DNA from: Eubacteriales bacterium
GTDB lineage: Bacteria > Bacillota > Clostridia > Oscillospirales > CAG-272
DNA: 64,000 bases
Assembly: GCA_045655185.1 (NCBI GenBank)
Contig: JAZOOS010000034.1
Span: forward strand, 84,744-148,743
Direction of reading: 5' to 3'
Shown: positions 26,312 to 35,503 of the stretch, piece after piece
Layout of the letters: the number at the start of each line of letters is the position of its first letter
Position numbering within the stretch: the first letter of the stretch is position 1
Translations under genes and position numbers: made by a program
The notes under the pieces: model-generated
The model's input: only the letters and a program-made list of their open reading frames with translations
Database searches by the model: none
What the model was told of the DNA's origin: nothing

Positions 26312-27178
26312 ATGGAGGAATTTATCAAAACCACGCATCTTTCTTTTTCGTATCCCGATGAAGAAAGCGGCATTCCTGCCATTTCAGACGTAAACTTAAC
26401 CATACATAAAGGCGAATACGTGGCCATTCTCGGTCACAACGGCTCGGGTAAGTCGACGCTTGCCAAGCTTCTGAATCTTATCCTTTTTCCCACCGCGGGA
26501 TGCATCACGATCGACGGGATCACGGTTGCGGGAGAGGATATTCCCGAGGAAACCGTCTTTGATATCCGTCGCTGTGTCGGCATGGTCTTTCAGAACCCCG
26601 ATAACCAGCTTGTCTCCACGGTTGTGGAGGAAGACGTCGCGTTCGGCCCCGAAAACCTCGGCTTGCCGCGCGAGGTGATCCGCGCCCGTGTTGACGAGGC
26701 GCTTTCTCTCGTTGGGATGAGCGAATACGCAAAAAGGGCGCCGCATCACCTTTCGGGCGGGCAAAAGCAAAGAGTTGCGATCGCGGGGGTCATTGCTATG
26801 CGCCCCTCCTGTATTATTTTTGATGAATCGACCGCGATGCTCGATCCCCTTGGGCGGCGCGAGGTGCTTGATACCATGGAACGCCTCAACCGAGAAGAGG
26901 GGATCACCGTCCTGCATATCACGCATTATATGGAAGAGGCCGCCCGTGCCGACCGTATCGTTGTGATCAACGACGGAACCGTTCTTTGCGACGGTACGCC
27001 GAGTGAGGTCTTTTCGCGCGCCGAAGAGCTTCTTGAAGCGGGGCTTGAGCTTCCGCAGGGGGCATCCCTTTTGTACGCGCTTGAAAAAGAAGGTTTTTCC
27101 TTGCCGCGCGGCGTCGTTGACCCCGCCCTTTGCGCCGAGGAGCTTAGTAAGCTGATAGGGGGCGATACGCATGAGTGA
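26312..27178 (+). CDS. ecfA1: ECF transporter ATPase EcfA1
   Basis: ATG 26312 follows SD TAGGAGG. Motifs are Walker A GHNGSGKST, the signature LSGGQKQR and Walker B IIFDEST. Confidence 0.9.
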   Translation: MEEFIKTTHLSFSYPDEESGIPAISDVNLTIHKGEYVAILGHNGSGKSTLAKLLNLILFPTAGCITIDGITVAGEDIPEETVFDIRRCVGMVFQNPDNQLVSTVVEEDVAFGPENLGLPREVIRARVDEALSLVGMSEYAKRAPHHLSGGQKQRVAIAGVIAMRPSCIIFDESTAMLDPLGRREVLDTMERLNREEGITVLHITHYMEEAARADRIVVINDGTVLCDGTPSEVFSRAEELLEAGLELPQGASLLYALEKEGFSLPRGVVDPALCAEELSKLIGGDTHE

Positions 27179-28037
27179 GATCATAAGAATTCAAGACGTT
27201 TCTTTTTCCTACGGCGCAAGCACCCCCTTTGAGACCGCGGCGCTTCAACATATCAGCGTAGGGTTCGAGAAGGGGAAGATCACGGGGCTTATCGGGCATA
27301 CGGGCTCGGGTAAATCGACGCTCGTGCAGCTTTTGAACGGTCTTATCCGCCCCGAAAGCGGCCGCGTTTTTCTTGACGGTGTCGATATCTGGGAAAAGCC
27401 GAAGGAGATCACCTCGGTGCGCTTTCGCGTGGGGCTGGTCATGCAATACCCCGAATATCAGCTTTTTGCCGAGACCGTGCGCGAGGATATTGCCTTTGGC
27501 CCTAAAAATATGAATCTTTCCGACGAAGAGATCGAATGCCGTGTAAAAGAAGCGGCTGCCTTCGTCGGGCTTACCGAGGAGATGCTCGATAAATCTCCCT
27601 TCGATCTTTCGGGTGGCCAGCAGCGCCGTGCCGCGATCGCGGGGGTGGTGGCGATGCGCCCCGAGGTTTTGGTGCTTGATGAGCCGGCGGCGGGGCTTGA
27701 CCCGCGCGGTCGCCGTCAGATCCTTTCGGGCCTTGCCGAATACGGCAGAAAGAGCGGCTCGACCGTGATCTTCGTCAGCCACAGCATGGAGGATATGGCT
27801 CATTACTGCGATAACGTCGTGGTGATGGATCACGCAAGGATCCTGATGCAGGGAAGCGTTTCCGAGGTCTTTTCGCGCAGTGAAGAATTGGAGGCGGCGG
27901 GGCTTGATATTCCGCAGGTTGCCAAGATTGCCTCCGCCCTTCGCAAAAGGGGAATCGAGCTTTCGGGTGACCTTTATACCGTGGATGGGGTAAAAGAGGC
28001 CTTGCTTTCTCTTCTTAAAGGAGGAAATCGCGTATGA
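27171..28037 (+). CDS. ecfA2: ECF transporter ATPase EcfA2
   Basis: 288-aa ORF with GHTGSGKST, LSGGQQRR and LVLDEP motifs. It overlaps ecfA1 by 8 nt. Confidence 0.9.
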   Translation: MSEIIRIQDVSFSYGASTPFETAALQHISVGFEKGKITGLIGHTGSGKSTLVQLLNGLIRPESGRVFLDGVDIWEKPKEITSVRFRVGLVMQYPEYQLFAETVREDIAFGPKNMNLSDEEIECRVKEAAAFVGLTEEMLDKSPFDLSGGQQRRAAIAGVVAMRPEVLVLDEPAAGLDPRGRRQILSGLAEYGRKSGSTVIFVSHSMEDMAHYCDNVVVMDHARILMQGSVSEVFSRSEELEAAGLDIPQVAKIASALRKRGIELSGDLYTVDGVKEALLSLLKGGNRV

Positions 28038-28876
28038 TGAAGGATATTTCCTTGGGACAGTACTATCCCACCGACTCGTTTTTGCACCGCCTTGATCCCC
28101 GTATCAAGCTGCTTTCGACCATCGTTTTTCTGGTTGCGGCCTTTTCGGCAAAAAGCCATTGGTGCTTTCTTTTCCTGACGGCGGTGACCTTCTTTTTGAT
28201 CGCGTTAAGCAAAATTCCCGTCCGTACCATTCTTCGCGGGGTAAAGCCGCTTCTTTTCGTTTTGATCTTTACCGCCGTGTTGCTTCTCTTTACCACGAAG
28301 GGGGAGGGGGAGCCCTATTTTTCGCTTTCGGTTTTTTCGCTCTTTTCGCTGGAAATATACCCGATGGGTGTTTCCTACGCCTTCCTCTTTTCCTTGCGTA
28401 TCGTGCTTGTGGTGATCGTGACCGGTTTGTTTCTCACCTATACGACTACCCCCACCAAGCTGACCGACGCCCTTGAAAGCGTTTTCCATCCCTTGACCTA
28501 TATCGGGATCCCGGTTTACGATTTCGCGATGATGATGACGATCGCGCTTCGCTTTATTCCCACGCTCACCGAGGAGACCGATAAGATCCTTTCGGCTCAG
28601 AAGGCGCGCGGCGCCGACTTTACGAACGGCTCGCTCTTAAAAAGGGCCAAGGCGCTGTTGCCGATCCTTATTCCGCTTTTCGCCTCCTCCTTCCGCAGGG
28701 CGGGAGAGCTTGGCGTTGCGATGGAGTGCCGTTGCTATCGCGGCGGGGCGGGGCGAACCCGTCTTTACCGCTTTCACCTTCGCTTTGCCGATGTTGCGTT
28801 TTTGGTGCTTTTTTGTATAGGGGCAGCCCTAGTCTTCCTTGGAAACGCTTATTTACCGACCCCTTATATGCTGTGA
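28034..28876 (+). CDS. ecfT: ECF transporter transmembrane component EcfT
   Basis: 280-aa polytopic ORF with the conserved ARG...R coupling region (QKARGADF, ...AMECRCY), directly after ecfA1A2. Confidence 0.9.
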   Translation: MMKDISLGQYYPTDSFLHRLDPRIKLLSTIVFLVAAFSAKSHWCFLFLTAVTFFLIALSKIPVRTILRGVKPLLFVLIFTAVLLLFTTKGEGEPYFSLSVFSLFSLEIYPMGVSYAFLFSLRIVLVVIVTGLFLTYTTTPTKLTDALESVFHPLTYIGIPVYDFAMMMTIALRFIPTLTEETDKILSAQKARGADFTNGSLLKRAKALLPILIPLFASSFRRAGELGVAMECRCYRGGAGRTRLYRFHLRFADVAFLVLFCIGAALVFLGNAYLPTPYML

Positions 28877-28885
28877 GGAAATAGA

Positions 28886-29674
28886 ATGAAGTATTTGGCC
28901 CTTATCCGCTACGTCGGCACCGATTTTTGCGGCTTTCAAGCCCAGAAAAAGGGTAGGACCGTGCAAGGCGCCCTTAACGAGGCGACCGAGGCACTTTTCG
29001 GCTGCCCGTGCCTTATTACGGGATGCAGCCGTACCGACAGCGGTGTTCATGCCGAGCGGTTTTGCCTGACGATCGAGCCGACCGACGAAAATGCCCCCGC
29101 GATCCCGCCCGAGGCGCTCTCGCGCGCGATCCTTCCGTTTTTGCCGCCCGATCTATCGCTTTTTTACGCTTGCGAAGCGCCCCAAGACTTTCATCCCCGT
29201 TACGGTACGGCGGGGAAGGAATACCGCTATAAAATGCGCTTTGGGTGCTTGCCCGATCCCTTTTTCACGCATCGGGTATGGCAGCTTCCCTTTAAGCTCT
29301 CCGACGAAGGCTTTTCGGCTATGCAAGAGGCGGCCGCCGATCTTATCGGAAAGCATGATTTCGTCAGCTTTATGTGTACGGAGGGGACGGTGAAAAGCAC
29401 CGTGCGTACGATCTTTGACGTAAAGCTTTCAAAGGAAGGGGATCTTGTGACGCTTTCGGTCACGGGGGACGGCTTTCTTTATAATATGGTTCGCATTATC
29501 GCGGGTACCTTAATGGAGATCGGTATCGGCAGAAAGCCGAAAACCGTGATAAAGGAAGCTCTTTTGGCAAAAAAACGCGAGGCGGCCGGTATGACGGCGC
29601 CGCCCGACGGACTTTATCTTTATAACGTTATCTATCCCGATCCTTATCAAAAATTATTACCAGCCATAAACTAA
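28886..29674 (+). CDS. truA: tRNA pseudouridine(38-40) synthase TruA
   Basis: 262-aa ORF starting MKYLALIRYVGTDFCGFQ, with the catalytic RTDSGVHA. Confidence 0.9.
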   Translation: MKYLALIRYVGTDFCGFQAQKKGRTVQGALNEATEALFGCPCLITGCSRTDSGVHAERFCLTIEPTDENAPAIPPEALSRAILPFLPPDLSLFYACEAPQDFHPRYGTAGKEYRYKMRFGCLPDPFFTHRVWQLPFKLSDEGFSAMQEAAADLIGKHDFVSFMCTEGTVKSTVRTIFDVKLSKEGDLVTLSVTGDGFLYNMVRIIAGTLMEIGIGRKPKTVIKEALLAKKREAAGMTAPPDGLYLYNVIYPDPYQKLLPAIN

Positions 29675-29715
29675 AAAACGCCGATGCATACTATTTTCAG
29701 TATGTGTGGGAGAAC

Positions 29716-29741
29716 CTGCACCGAACGGTGCAGTTTTTTTA
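29716..29741 (+). terminator. Terminator-like hairpin + T7 immediately upstream of the PBP1A start codon
   Basis: Hairpin CTGCACC-gaac-GGTGCAG (29716-29733) with T7 at 29734-29740. The ATG is at 29745. Confidence 0.65.
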
Positions 29742-29744
29742 TTT

Positions 29745-32276
29745 ATGAAGAAAAAGAAGAATAAAGAAAAAAAGCCGTATGGGAAGCGCCTTTTGCGCGC
29801 TTTCGTTACGGTTTTTATAATCGGGGCATGCCTTTTTGCCCTTCTTTTCGGTGGGGTTGCGATCTGGCTTTCGCAAACCACCGATACCGAAAGCGACGTT
29901 GCCCTTTTCGAATCCTTTCGGGGAAGCCGCACCACCCGCTTTTATTTCGACGCTACCCCGACCGATTCGATCTATACGCCGAGGGAATGGGAAAGCGAGC
30001 GTGTTTGTGGGGGTGAAAATGCGATCTGGTGCCCGATTTCCGATATGCCAAATCATCTGCAAGATGCGTTCGTCGCCATTGAGGATAAGCGCTTTTTTCG
30101 GCACGACGGGGTGGATTGGCTGCGTACGGGCAAGGCCTTTATCAATTATATCCTTCGCTTTGACTCTCGCTTCGGCGGCTCGGGCATTACGCAGCAGCTG
30201 ATCAAGAACATCAGCGGGGAAAACGAGCCTACCCCCAAGCGTAAGCTTAAAGAGATATACCGCGCCGTGATGCTTGAAAAACGCTATTCCAAAAAAGAGA
30301 TCCTTGAAATGTATCTCAACATCGTTCCGATGGGGGAAGGCTGTGCGGGGGTCGGGGCCGCCGCCGAGCGCTATTTCGATAAAAAGCCCCAAGATCTATC
30401 GGTTGCGGAATCGGCCACCCTTGCGGCGATCATCAATGCGCCAAGCCGCTATAATCCTTTGAAAAATCCCGAAAACAACAAGGAAAGAAGAGATCTCATA
30501 TTAGAAAAAATGTACGGTGAGGGTCTGATAAGCCACGAGGAATATAAGGAGGCGCTTGCCGAAGAGCCGATCCTTCAAAAGGAGGCAAAGGCCCCCGCGG
30601 GGCAGATCCGCTCTTGGTACACCGAGACCGTGATCAGCGACGTTCTTCTTGATCTTGTGGAGGCGGGGTACAGCCAAAGCATGGCGCGGCAGCTTCTTTA
30701 TAACGGAGGATTGCAAATCTATACCCTCGTCGATCCCTTCGTGCAAGAAACACTGGAAGAAAGCGCAAAAAGCGTTAAGCTTGCCAAAGGGCTTACGCTT
30801 TCGGGGGTGGTGATTGATCCGGGGAACGGCAATATTGTGGGGATCTGCGGCGGAAGCGGGGAAAAGGAGGGGAACCGCCTTTTGAATTACGCAACCGTCA
30901 ATCGGGCGCCCGGCTCTGCCTTAAAGCCGCTTTCGGTCTACGCCCCCGCGATTGACCGCGGGCTGATCAGCTACGCCAGCGTTTTTGACGACGTGCCGCT
31001 TTCCTATACGGGGGGTGAGCGTGAATGGCCGCGCAATTCCCCCACCGTTTACGACGGGCTTTGCGATATCAAAACGGCGGTCGCCAAATCCAAGAACACC
31101 GTGGCCGTTGAGGTTTTGCGCCTCGTCGGAAAGGAAGATTCGTATGCGCTTCTTTCACGATCCTTGGGGCTTACGGGCTTGGTAAGAAGCGCCGCGGGCG
31201 GCTCGCTTACCGACCTTGGGGAAGCGCCGCTGGCGCTCGGTCAGCTGACCTACGGCGTATCGCTTCGTGAGCTTTGCAGCGCCTACACCCCGCTTGCTAC
31301 CGACGGCGCTTATAAAGCGGGGCGCACCTATCTTGCCGTATACGACGGAAAGGGCGAGCTTCTTTTGGAAAACGAGAGTGAAAACCACGGTGTTTTCTCG
31401 AAGCAGACCGCCGCGATCATGACCAAGCTTTTAGAGGGCGTTGTCACCGAGGGAACGGCTAAGGGGATATCGATCAAGGGAAATATTCCGGTCGCGGGAA
31501 AGACGGGAACGACGTCCGAGAGCCACGATAAATGGTTTATCGGCTATACGCCCCATTATATCTGCGGTATTTGGTGCGGCGCCCCCGATAAAAATATCTC
31601 GGTGGCAGGTAAGCCCCAGCTTTCCTTTTTTAATACCGTGATGAATAAGATCCACGAGCCGCTTATCGAAAGAAACGAGGAAAAGACTTCCTTCCCGATC
31701 CCCGAAGGGGTATACGAATGCCGTTACTGTAAGGACGGCGGCGCCCTGCTTTGCGAGGACTGTATGTACGACCCGCGCGGAAGCCGCGCATCCCGCGGTT
31801 GGTTTACCGCCGCAACGCTTCCAAAAAGCCCGTGTGGGCGGCATATCAGCGTGCTATACGATACAGAAGGTGGCGGGGTAGCCGAGGAAATGAACGGCGA
31901 AAAGCTTTGTGTTGGCGAACGGTGCGAAAGAGAGGGGCTTGTGCGCGTCAGCCTTCTTTCTATTCCCGAAAGAAGCTTTAAGCGACAGGTCTTTATCACC
32001 GACGCGCAATACGTCTACCGCCCCTTGAACGGAAACGCCCCCGCCAACGGCGCGGATCTTCCGTTTTTCGCCAACGCCCTTTCGGGGCAATACGTCGGTA
32101 TATCCAAGACGGTAAGCGGGCGGCAGTATAACGCTTCTTCCCCCGGATATATCCCGAAGGAATCCCCCTTTCCGTGGGAGGAAAATCCCTTTTTTACCGA
32201 AGCCTTTCCGAAAGAAGGCGAGAAAAGATCGGTCCTATCCCCCATTTTTAAAAATTTTTCTTTAAAAAAGGCGTAG
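29745..32276 (+). CDS. Class A penicillin-binding protein (PBP1A family) with Cys-rich C-terminal extension
   Basis: ATG 29745 gives a basic tail plus a TM helix. Glycosyltransferase motifs are AIEDKRFFRHDG and GGSGITQQL. Transpeptidase motifs are SALKP and KTGTT. About 200 extra C-terminal residues carry CRYC...CEDC. Confidence 0.9.
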   Translation: MKKKKNKEKKPYGKRLLRAFVTVFIIGACLFALLFGGVAIWLSQTTDTESDVALFESFRGSRTTRFYFDATPTDSIYTPREWESERVCGGENAIWCPISDMPNHLQDAFVAIEDKRFFRHDGVDWLRTGKAFINYILRFDSRFGGSGITQQLIKNISGENEPTPKRKLKEIYRAVMLEKRYSKKEILEMYLNIVPMGEGCAGVGAAAERYFDKKPQDLSVAESATLAAIINAPSRYNPLKNPENNKERRDLILEKMYGEGLISHEEYKEALAEEPILQKEAKAPAGQIRSWYTETVISDVLLDLVEAGYSQSMARQLLYNGGLQIYTLVDPFVQETLEESAKSVKLAKGLTLSGVVIDPGNGNIVGICGGSGEKEGNRLLNYATVNRAPGSALKPLSVYAPAIDRGLISYASVFDDVPLSYTGGEREWPRNSPTVYDGLCDIKTAVAKSKNTVAVEVLRLVGKEDSYALLSRSLGLTGLVRSAAGGSLTDLGEAPLALGQLTYGVSLRELCSAYTPLATDGAYKAGRTYLAVYDGKGELLLENESENHGVFSKQTAAIMTKLLEGVVTEGTAKGISIKGNIPVAGKTGTTSESHDKWFIGYTPHYICGIWCGAPDKNISVAGKPQLSFFNTVMNKIHEPLIERNEEKTSFPIPEGVYECRYCKDGGALLCEDCMYDPRGSRASRGWFTAATLPKSPCGRHISVLYDTEGGGVAEEMNGEKLCVGERCEREGLVRVSLLSIPERSFKRQVFITDAQYVYRPLNGNAPANGADLPFFANALSGQYVGISKTVSGRQYNASSPGYIPKESPFPWEENPFFTEAFPKEGEKRSVLSPIFKNFSLKKA

Positions 32277-32311
32277 AGTATGCTACAATAAAGAAAAAAG
32301 GGGGTGCGCCA

Positions 32312-32836
32312 ATGAAAGAATACCGTATTGTAAGAAGCGATAGGCGTACCCTTGCCATTACGGTAAGCAAAGAGGGGGAGGTCGTCGTTCGTGCCCCGCG
32401 GCGCGTGCCCTTTAAGGATATCGAGGCTTTTATCCGAAAACACGAGGGCTGGATCCAAAAGCATCTTGAAAAGGCCGAAAAAAACAAAATGCCTCCGCTT
32501 TCCGAAGGGGAGATCAAGGCGTTGAAAAAGCGTGCTAAGGAGCTGCTTCCGACACTTACCGCCGAGTGGGCCGCCCGTATGGGCGTCGAATACGGTACGG
32601 TCAAGATCACCTCGGCTCAAAAACGCTTCGGCAGCTGCAATTCCCTGGGAAATATCTGTTATTCCTATCGCTTGCTTCAATTCCCGATGCAAGCGATCGA
32701 ATACACCGTGGTGCATGAGCTTGCGCATCGTTTTGAGATGAACCACAGCAAGCGCTTTTACGCGATCGTTTCGCGCTATTTACCCGACTATAAAAAACGA
32801 CACGCCTTGTTGCTTGGCAAAGGGAGGAACGAATGA
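32312..32836 (+). CDS. YgjP/DUF45-family zinc metallopeptidase-like protein
   Basis: 174-aa ORF with HELAHRFEMNHSKRFY (HExxH + NHS). Confidence 0.8.
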   Translation: MKEYRIVRSDRRTLAITVSKEGEVVVRAPRRVPFKDIEAFIRKHEGWIQKHLEKAEKNKMPPLSEGEIKALKKRAKELLPTLTAEWAARMGVEYGTVKITSAQKRFGSCNSLGNICYSYRLLQFPMQAIEYTVVHELAHRFEMNHSKRFYAIVSRYLPDYKKRHALLLGKGRNE

Positions 32837-34020
32837 GCTTTCAGTTACCGAAGAGCGTTTTGATCGCCCTTGCAAGCCTTAACGATGCAGGACACGAGGC
32901 TTATTTGGTAGGCGGGAGCGTGCGTGATTATTTGCGTGGCGTTACGCCGCACGATTTTGATATCACCACCTCGGCTACCCCGGAAGAGACCCTTGAAGTC
33001 TTTTCTTCCTACCGAACGGTAAAAACCGGGATCAAGCACGGAACCGTCACGGTGTTGATCGATTCGATGCCGCTTGAGATCACCACCTACCGTATCGACG
33101 GCGATTACCGTGACCGCCGCCGTCCTGACAGTGTTTTCTTCACCAAAAACCTTTGCGAGGATCTCTCTCGCCGTGATTTTACCGTCAACGCCATGGCCTA
33201 TCACCCCAAAGAGGGGATCGTTGACCCGTTTTCGGGGAAAGAGGATCTTGAAAGCGGATGCATCCGCGCGGTCGGTAGGGCTGAGGTGCGTTTTGAGGAG
33301 GATGCCCTTCGTATTCTGCGCGCCTTGCGCTTTTCGTCGGTTCTCGGGTTCCCATTAGAAAAAGAAACCGAGGAAGCCGCCCTTCAAAAGGCAAAAAATC
33401 TTTCTGCCGTATCCCCCGAACGGATACGGGAAGAGCTTGCTAAGCTCCTTCTGGGTGTGGCGTGCGATGCCGTCTTGAAGCGGTACTCTTCTATTCTTTC
33501 TCTTATCGTTTCTCCGGGGGAATGCCCCGTTCCGATCTCGCATCTTCCGATCGATCTTTCTCTTCGCCTTGCCGCCCTTAGCGCGCACGAAAGGCTTGAA
33601 GACGTTCAGGCAATGCTTACAAGGCTTCGCTTTGATAACCGAACGCAAAAAGAGGTGCTTACCCTTTGCAACCTTTCCAAAATACCGTTGCCCGCCGATA
33701 AACCCGCGGTGCGCCGCTTGCTTTTTTCCTACGGGAGAGAAATTGTTGAAAAATGGCTTTTTTGGCAAAAGGCCGAAGATACCTTGGGGGCGGATGCGGC
33801 AACCGCGCTGCTTGAAGCGGTCATTGAAGCCGGGGATTGTTTTTCTCTTTCTCACCTTGCTATCGGGGGGGGAGAGCTTTTGGGGCTCTGTCAAGGGAAG
33901 ACGGTCGGAGAGGTGCTTTCCCGCTGCCTTTTCGCGGTGATGGACGGTGTGATCCCCAACGAAAAAGAGGCGTTGCTTGCTTTTTCCAAAGAATTTCTTA
34001 AAAAGAAGATAAGCGAATAA
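32833..34020 (+). CDS. cca: CCA-adding tRNA nucleotidyltransferase
   Basis: 395-aa ORF with LVGGSVRDYLRG, DFDITT and RRDFTVNAM motifs of the polyA polymerase/CCA family. Confidence 0.85.
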   Translation: MSFQLPKSVLIALASLNDAGHEAYLVGGSVRDYLRGVTPHDFDITTSATPEETLEVFSSYRTVKTGIKHGTVTVLIDSMPLEITTYRIDGDYRDRRRPDSVFFTKNLCEDLSRRDFTVNAMAYHPKEGIVDPFSGKEDLESGCIRAVGRAEVRFEEDALRILRALRFSSVLGFPLEKETEEAALQKAKNLSAVSPERIREELAKLLLGVACDAVLKRYSSILSLIVSPGECPVPISHLPIDLSLRLAALSAHERLEDVQAMLTRLRFDNRTQKEVLTLCNLSKIPLPADKPAVRRLLFSYGREIVEKWLFWQKAEDTLGADAATALLEAVIEAGDCFSLSHLAIGGGELLGLCQGKTVGEVLSRCLFAVMDGVIPNEKEALLAFSKEFLKKKISE

Positions 34021-34082
34021 ACGAAAAGTTTTCTTGTCCTTTTCATACATATAAACGAATTTTATCTTTAAAAGGAGTTGAT

Positions 34083-34925
34083 ATGAAAAAGACAATAAAA
34101 TCGTATACGGTCATAACCCTTGGCACGCTTCTCCTTGCCGTGGGGGTGCATTTTTTTGAATTTCCCAACCGTTTTTCAATGGGCGGGGTCAGCGGTATTT
34201 CCTTGGTGGCTGGGGCAGCCTTCGGCTTTCCTTCTCCCGCGCGCCTTGCGACCTTTTTGAATTTTCTCTTGCTTCTTATCGGCTTTTTTGTCTTGGGGCG
34301 CGGCTTTGGTACGAAAACCGTATATTCGGTGACCGTCTTTTCCTTTTTGCTGAATTTTTTTGAATCCTATTTTCCTCTGTCCGCCCCTTTGACAAAGGAA
34401 ACCATGTTAGAGCTTTTCTTCGATATGCTCTTCATTTCTGTCGGAGCGGCGCTCCTTTTTCATGAGGACGCAAGCTCCGGGGGGACCGATATTCCCGCTT
34501 TGATCCTGAAAAAATATACGGGACTTCCGATGGGACGCTGTCTGCTTCTCATTGATTTTTTGGTCGTCCTCGGCGCTTTTTGGGTATTTGGGATCGAGAT
34601 CGGGCTCTTTTCTCTTTTTGGCATCGGGCTTCGGGCGTATGTCGTGGATCTTGTGACCGAGCAGTTTCGTGCGGTTCACTTGTTTTTGATCGTCACAAAA
34701 AAGCGAGAGGAGATGCTTTCTTTTCTTGCTAACCACGTTTCAAAAAGCCGTATTCTTTTCGTTACCGATGGATGTAGCGCTTCCTTTGAGGCTTCGCTGA
34801 TCCTCGTATCGCTTACAAGGCGGGGCGTCTCGCTTTTTCGCCAAAGCATTCTTTCAATTGATAAAGAGGCGGTCGCCTTTTTGGGAAAAGCCGGGGATAT
34901 TATTTCAAAAATACCGCTGTCTTAG
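34083..34925 (+). CDS. YitT-family membrane protein (with DUF2179-like C-terminal domain)
   Basis: 280-aa ORF. The N-terminus is polytopic with ...FFEFPNRFSMGGVSGISLV, followed by a soluble C-terminal part. Confidence 0.7.
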   Translation: MKKTIKSYTVITLGTLLLAVGVHFFEFPNRFSMGGVSGISLVAGAAFGFPSPARLATFLNFLLLLIGFFVLGRGFGTKTVYSVTVFSFLLNFFESYFPLSAPLTKETMLELFFDMLFISVGAALLFHEDASSGGTDIPALILKKYTGLPMGRCLLLIDFLVVLGAFWVFGIEIGLFSLFGIGLRAYVVDLVTEQFRAVHLFLIVTKKREEMLSFLANHVSKSRILFVTDGCSASFEASLILVSLTRRGVSLFRQSILSIDKEAVAFLGKAGDIISKIPLS

Positions 34926-34945
34926 GCGGCGCTAAAGGAGGATTT

Positions 34946-35479
34946 ATGAGTAAACGGGGTCTTAATAAGAGCAAAGGGGAGAAATCCCCCTTTGACGTAC
35001 ATATTCCGTACAGTTACAGCTTTGTTGCCCGCTTGATACAATCACCCGATAGCACCAAGCGCTATTACAGCGCCTTAAAAAACGAGCTTCTTTCCTACCG
35101 CCTTGTCAAGTCGCGCATCAGCTGGCGCTACGATACCTATAACCTTGGAAGGAAGCAGCTGGTCAGAATGGCTGTCCGTGGGAAAAATTTGTTTTTATAC
35201 CTTTCGTTGGATCCTTCTGCCTATCCCTATGAAATTTACCATCATACGGATAAAGGGAACGCACGCGCCTTTCAGAAGGTGCCGATGCGTATATGCGTAA
35301 AAAGCGATCTGGGGTTGCGGCGCGCCATGGGGCTGATCGCCGAGGTCATGCAAAGGGCAGAGATCGAAAAGGGCGCGACCGAGGAGATCGACTATACCGC
35401 TTGGTACGGCTATCTTGATACCGAAGCACTTATCGAAAAAGAGCTGGTAAAGCCGCTTGACGGTGTCGAAGAGGAATAA
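34946..35479 (+). CDS. Hypothetical soluble protein
   Basis: 177-aa ORF with a strong SD AAAGGAGG. I recognise no family motif. Confidence 0.6.
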   Translation: MSKRGLNKSKGEKSPFDVHIPYSYSFVARLIQSPDSTKRYYSALKNELLSYRLVKSRISWRYDTYNLGRKQLVRMAVRGKNLFLYLSLDPSAYPYEIYHHTDKGNARAFQKVPMRICVKSDLGLRRAMGLIAEVMQRAEIEKGATEEIDYTAWYGYLDTEALIEKELVKPLDGVEEE

Positions 35480-35480
35480 A

Positions 35481-35503
35481 AAAAGGACCGAAAAGGTCCT
35501 TTT
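35481..35503. terminator. Bidirectional terminator
   Basis: Hairpin AGGACC-gaaa-AGGTCCT flanked by A6 and T6, between convergent genes. Confidence 0.7.
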
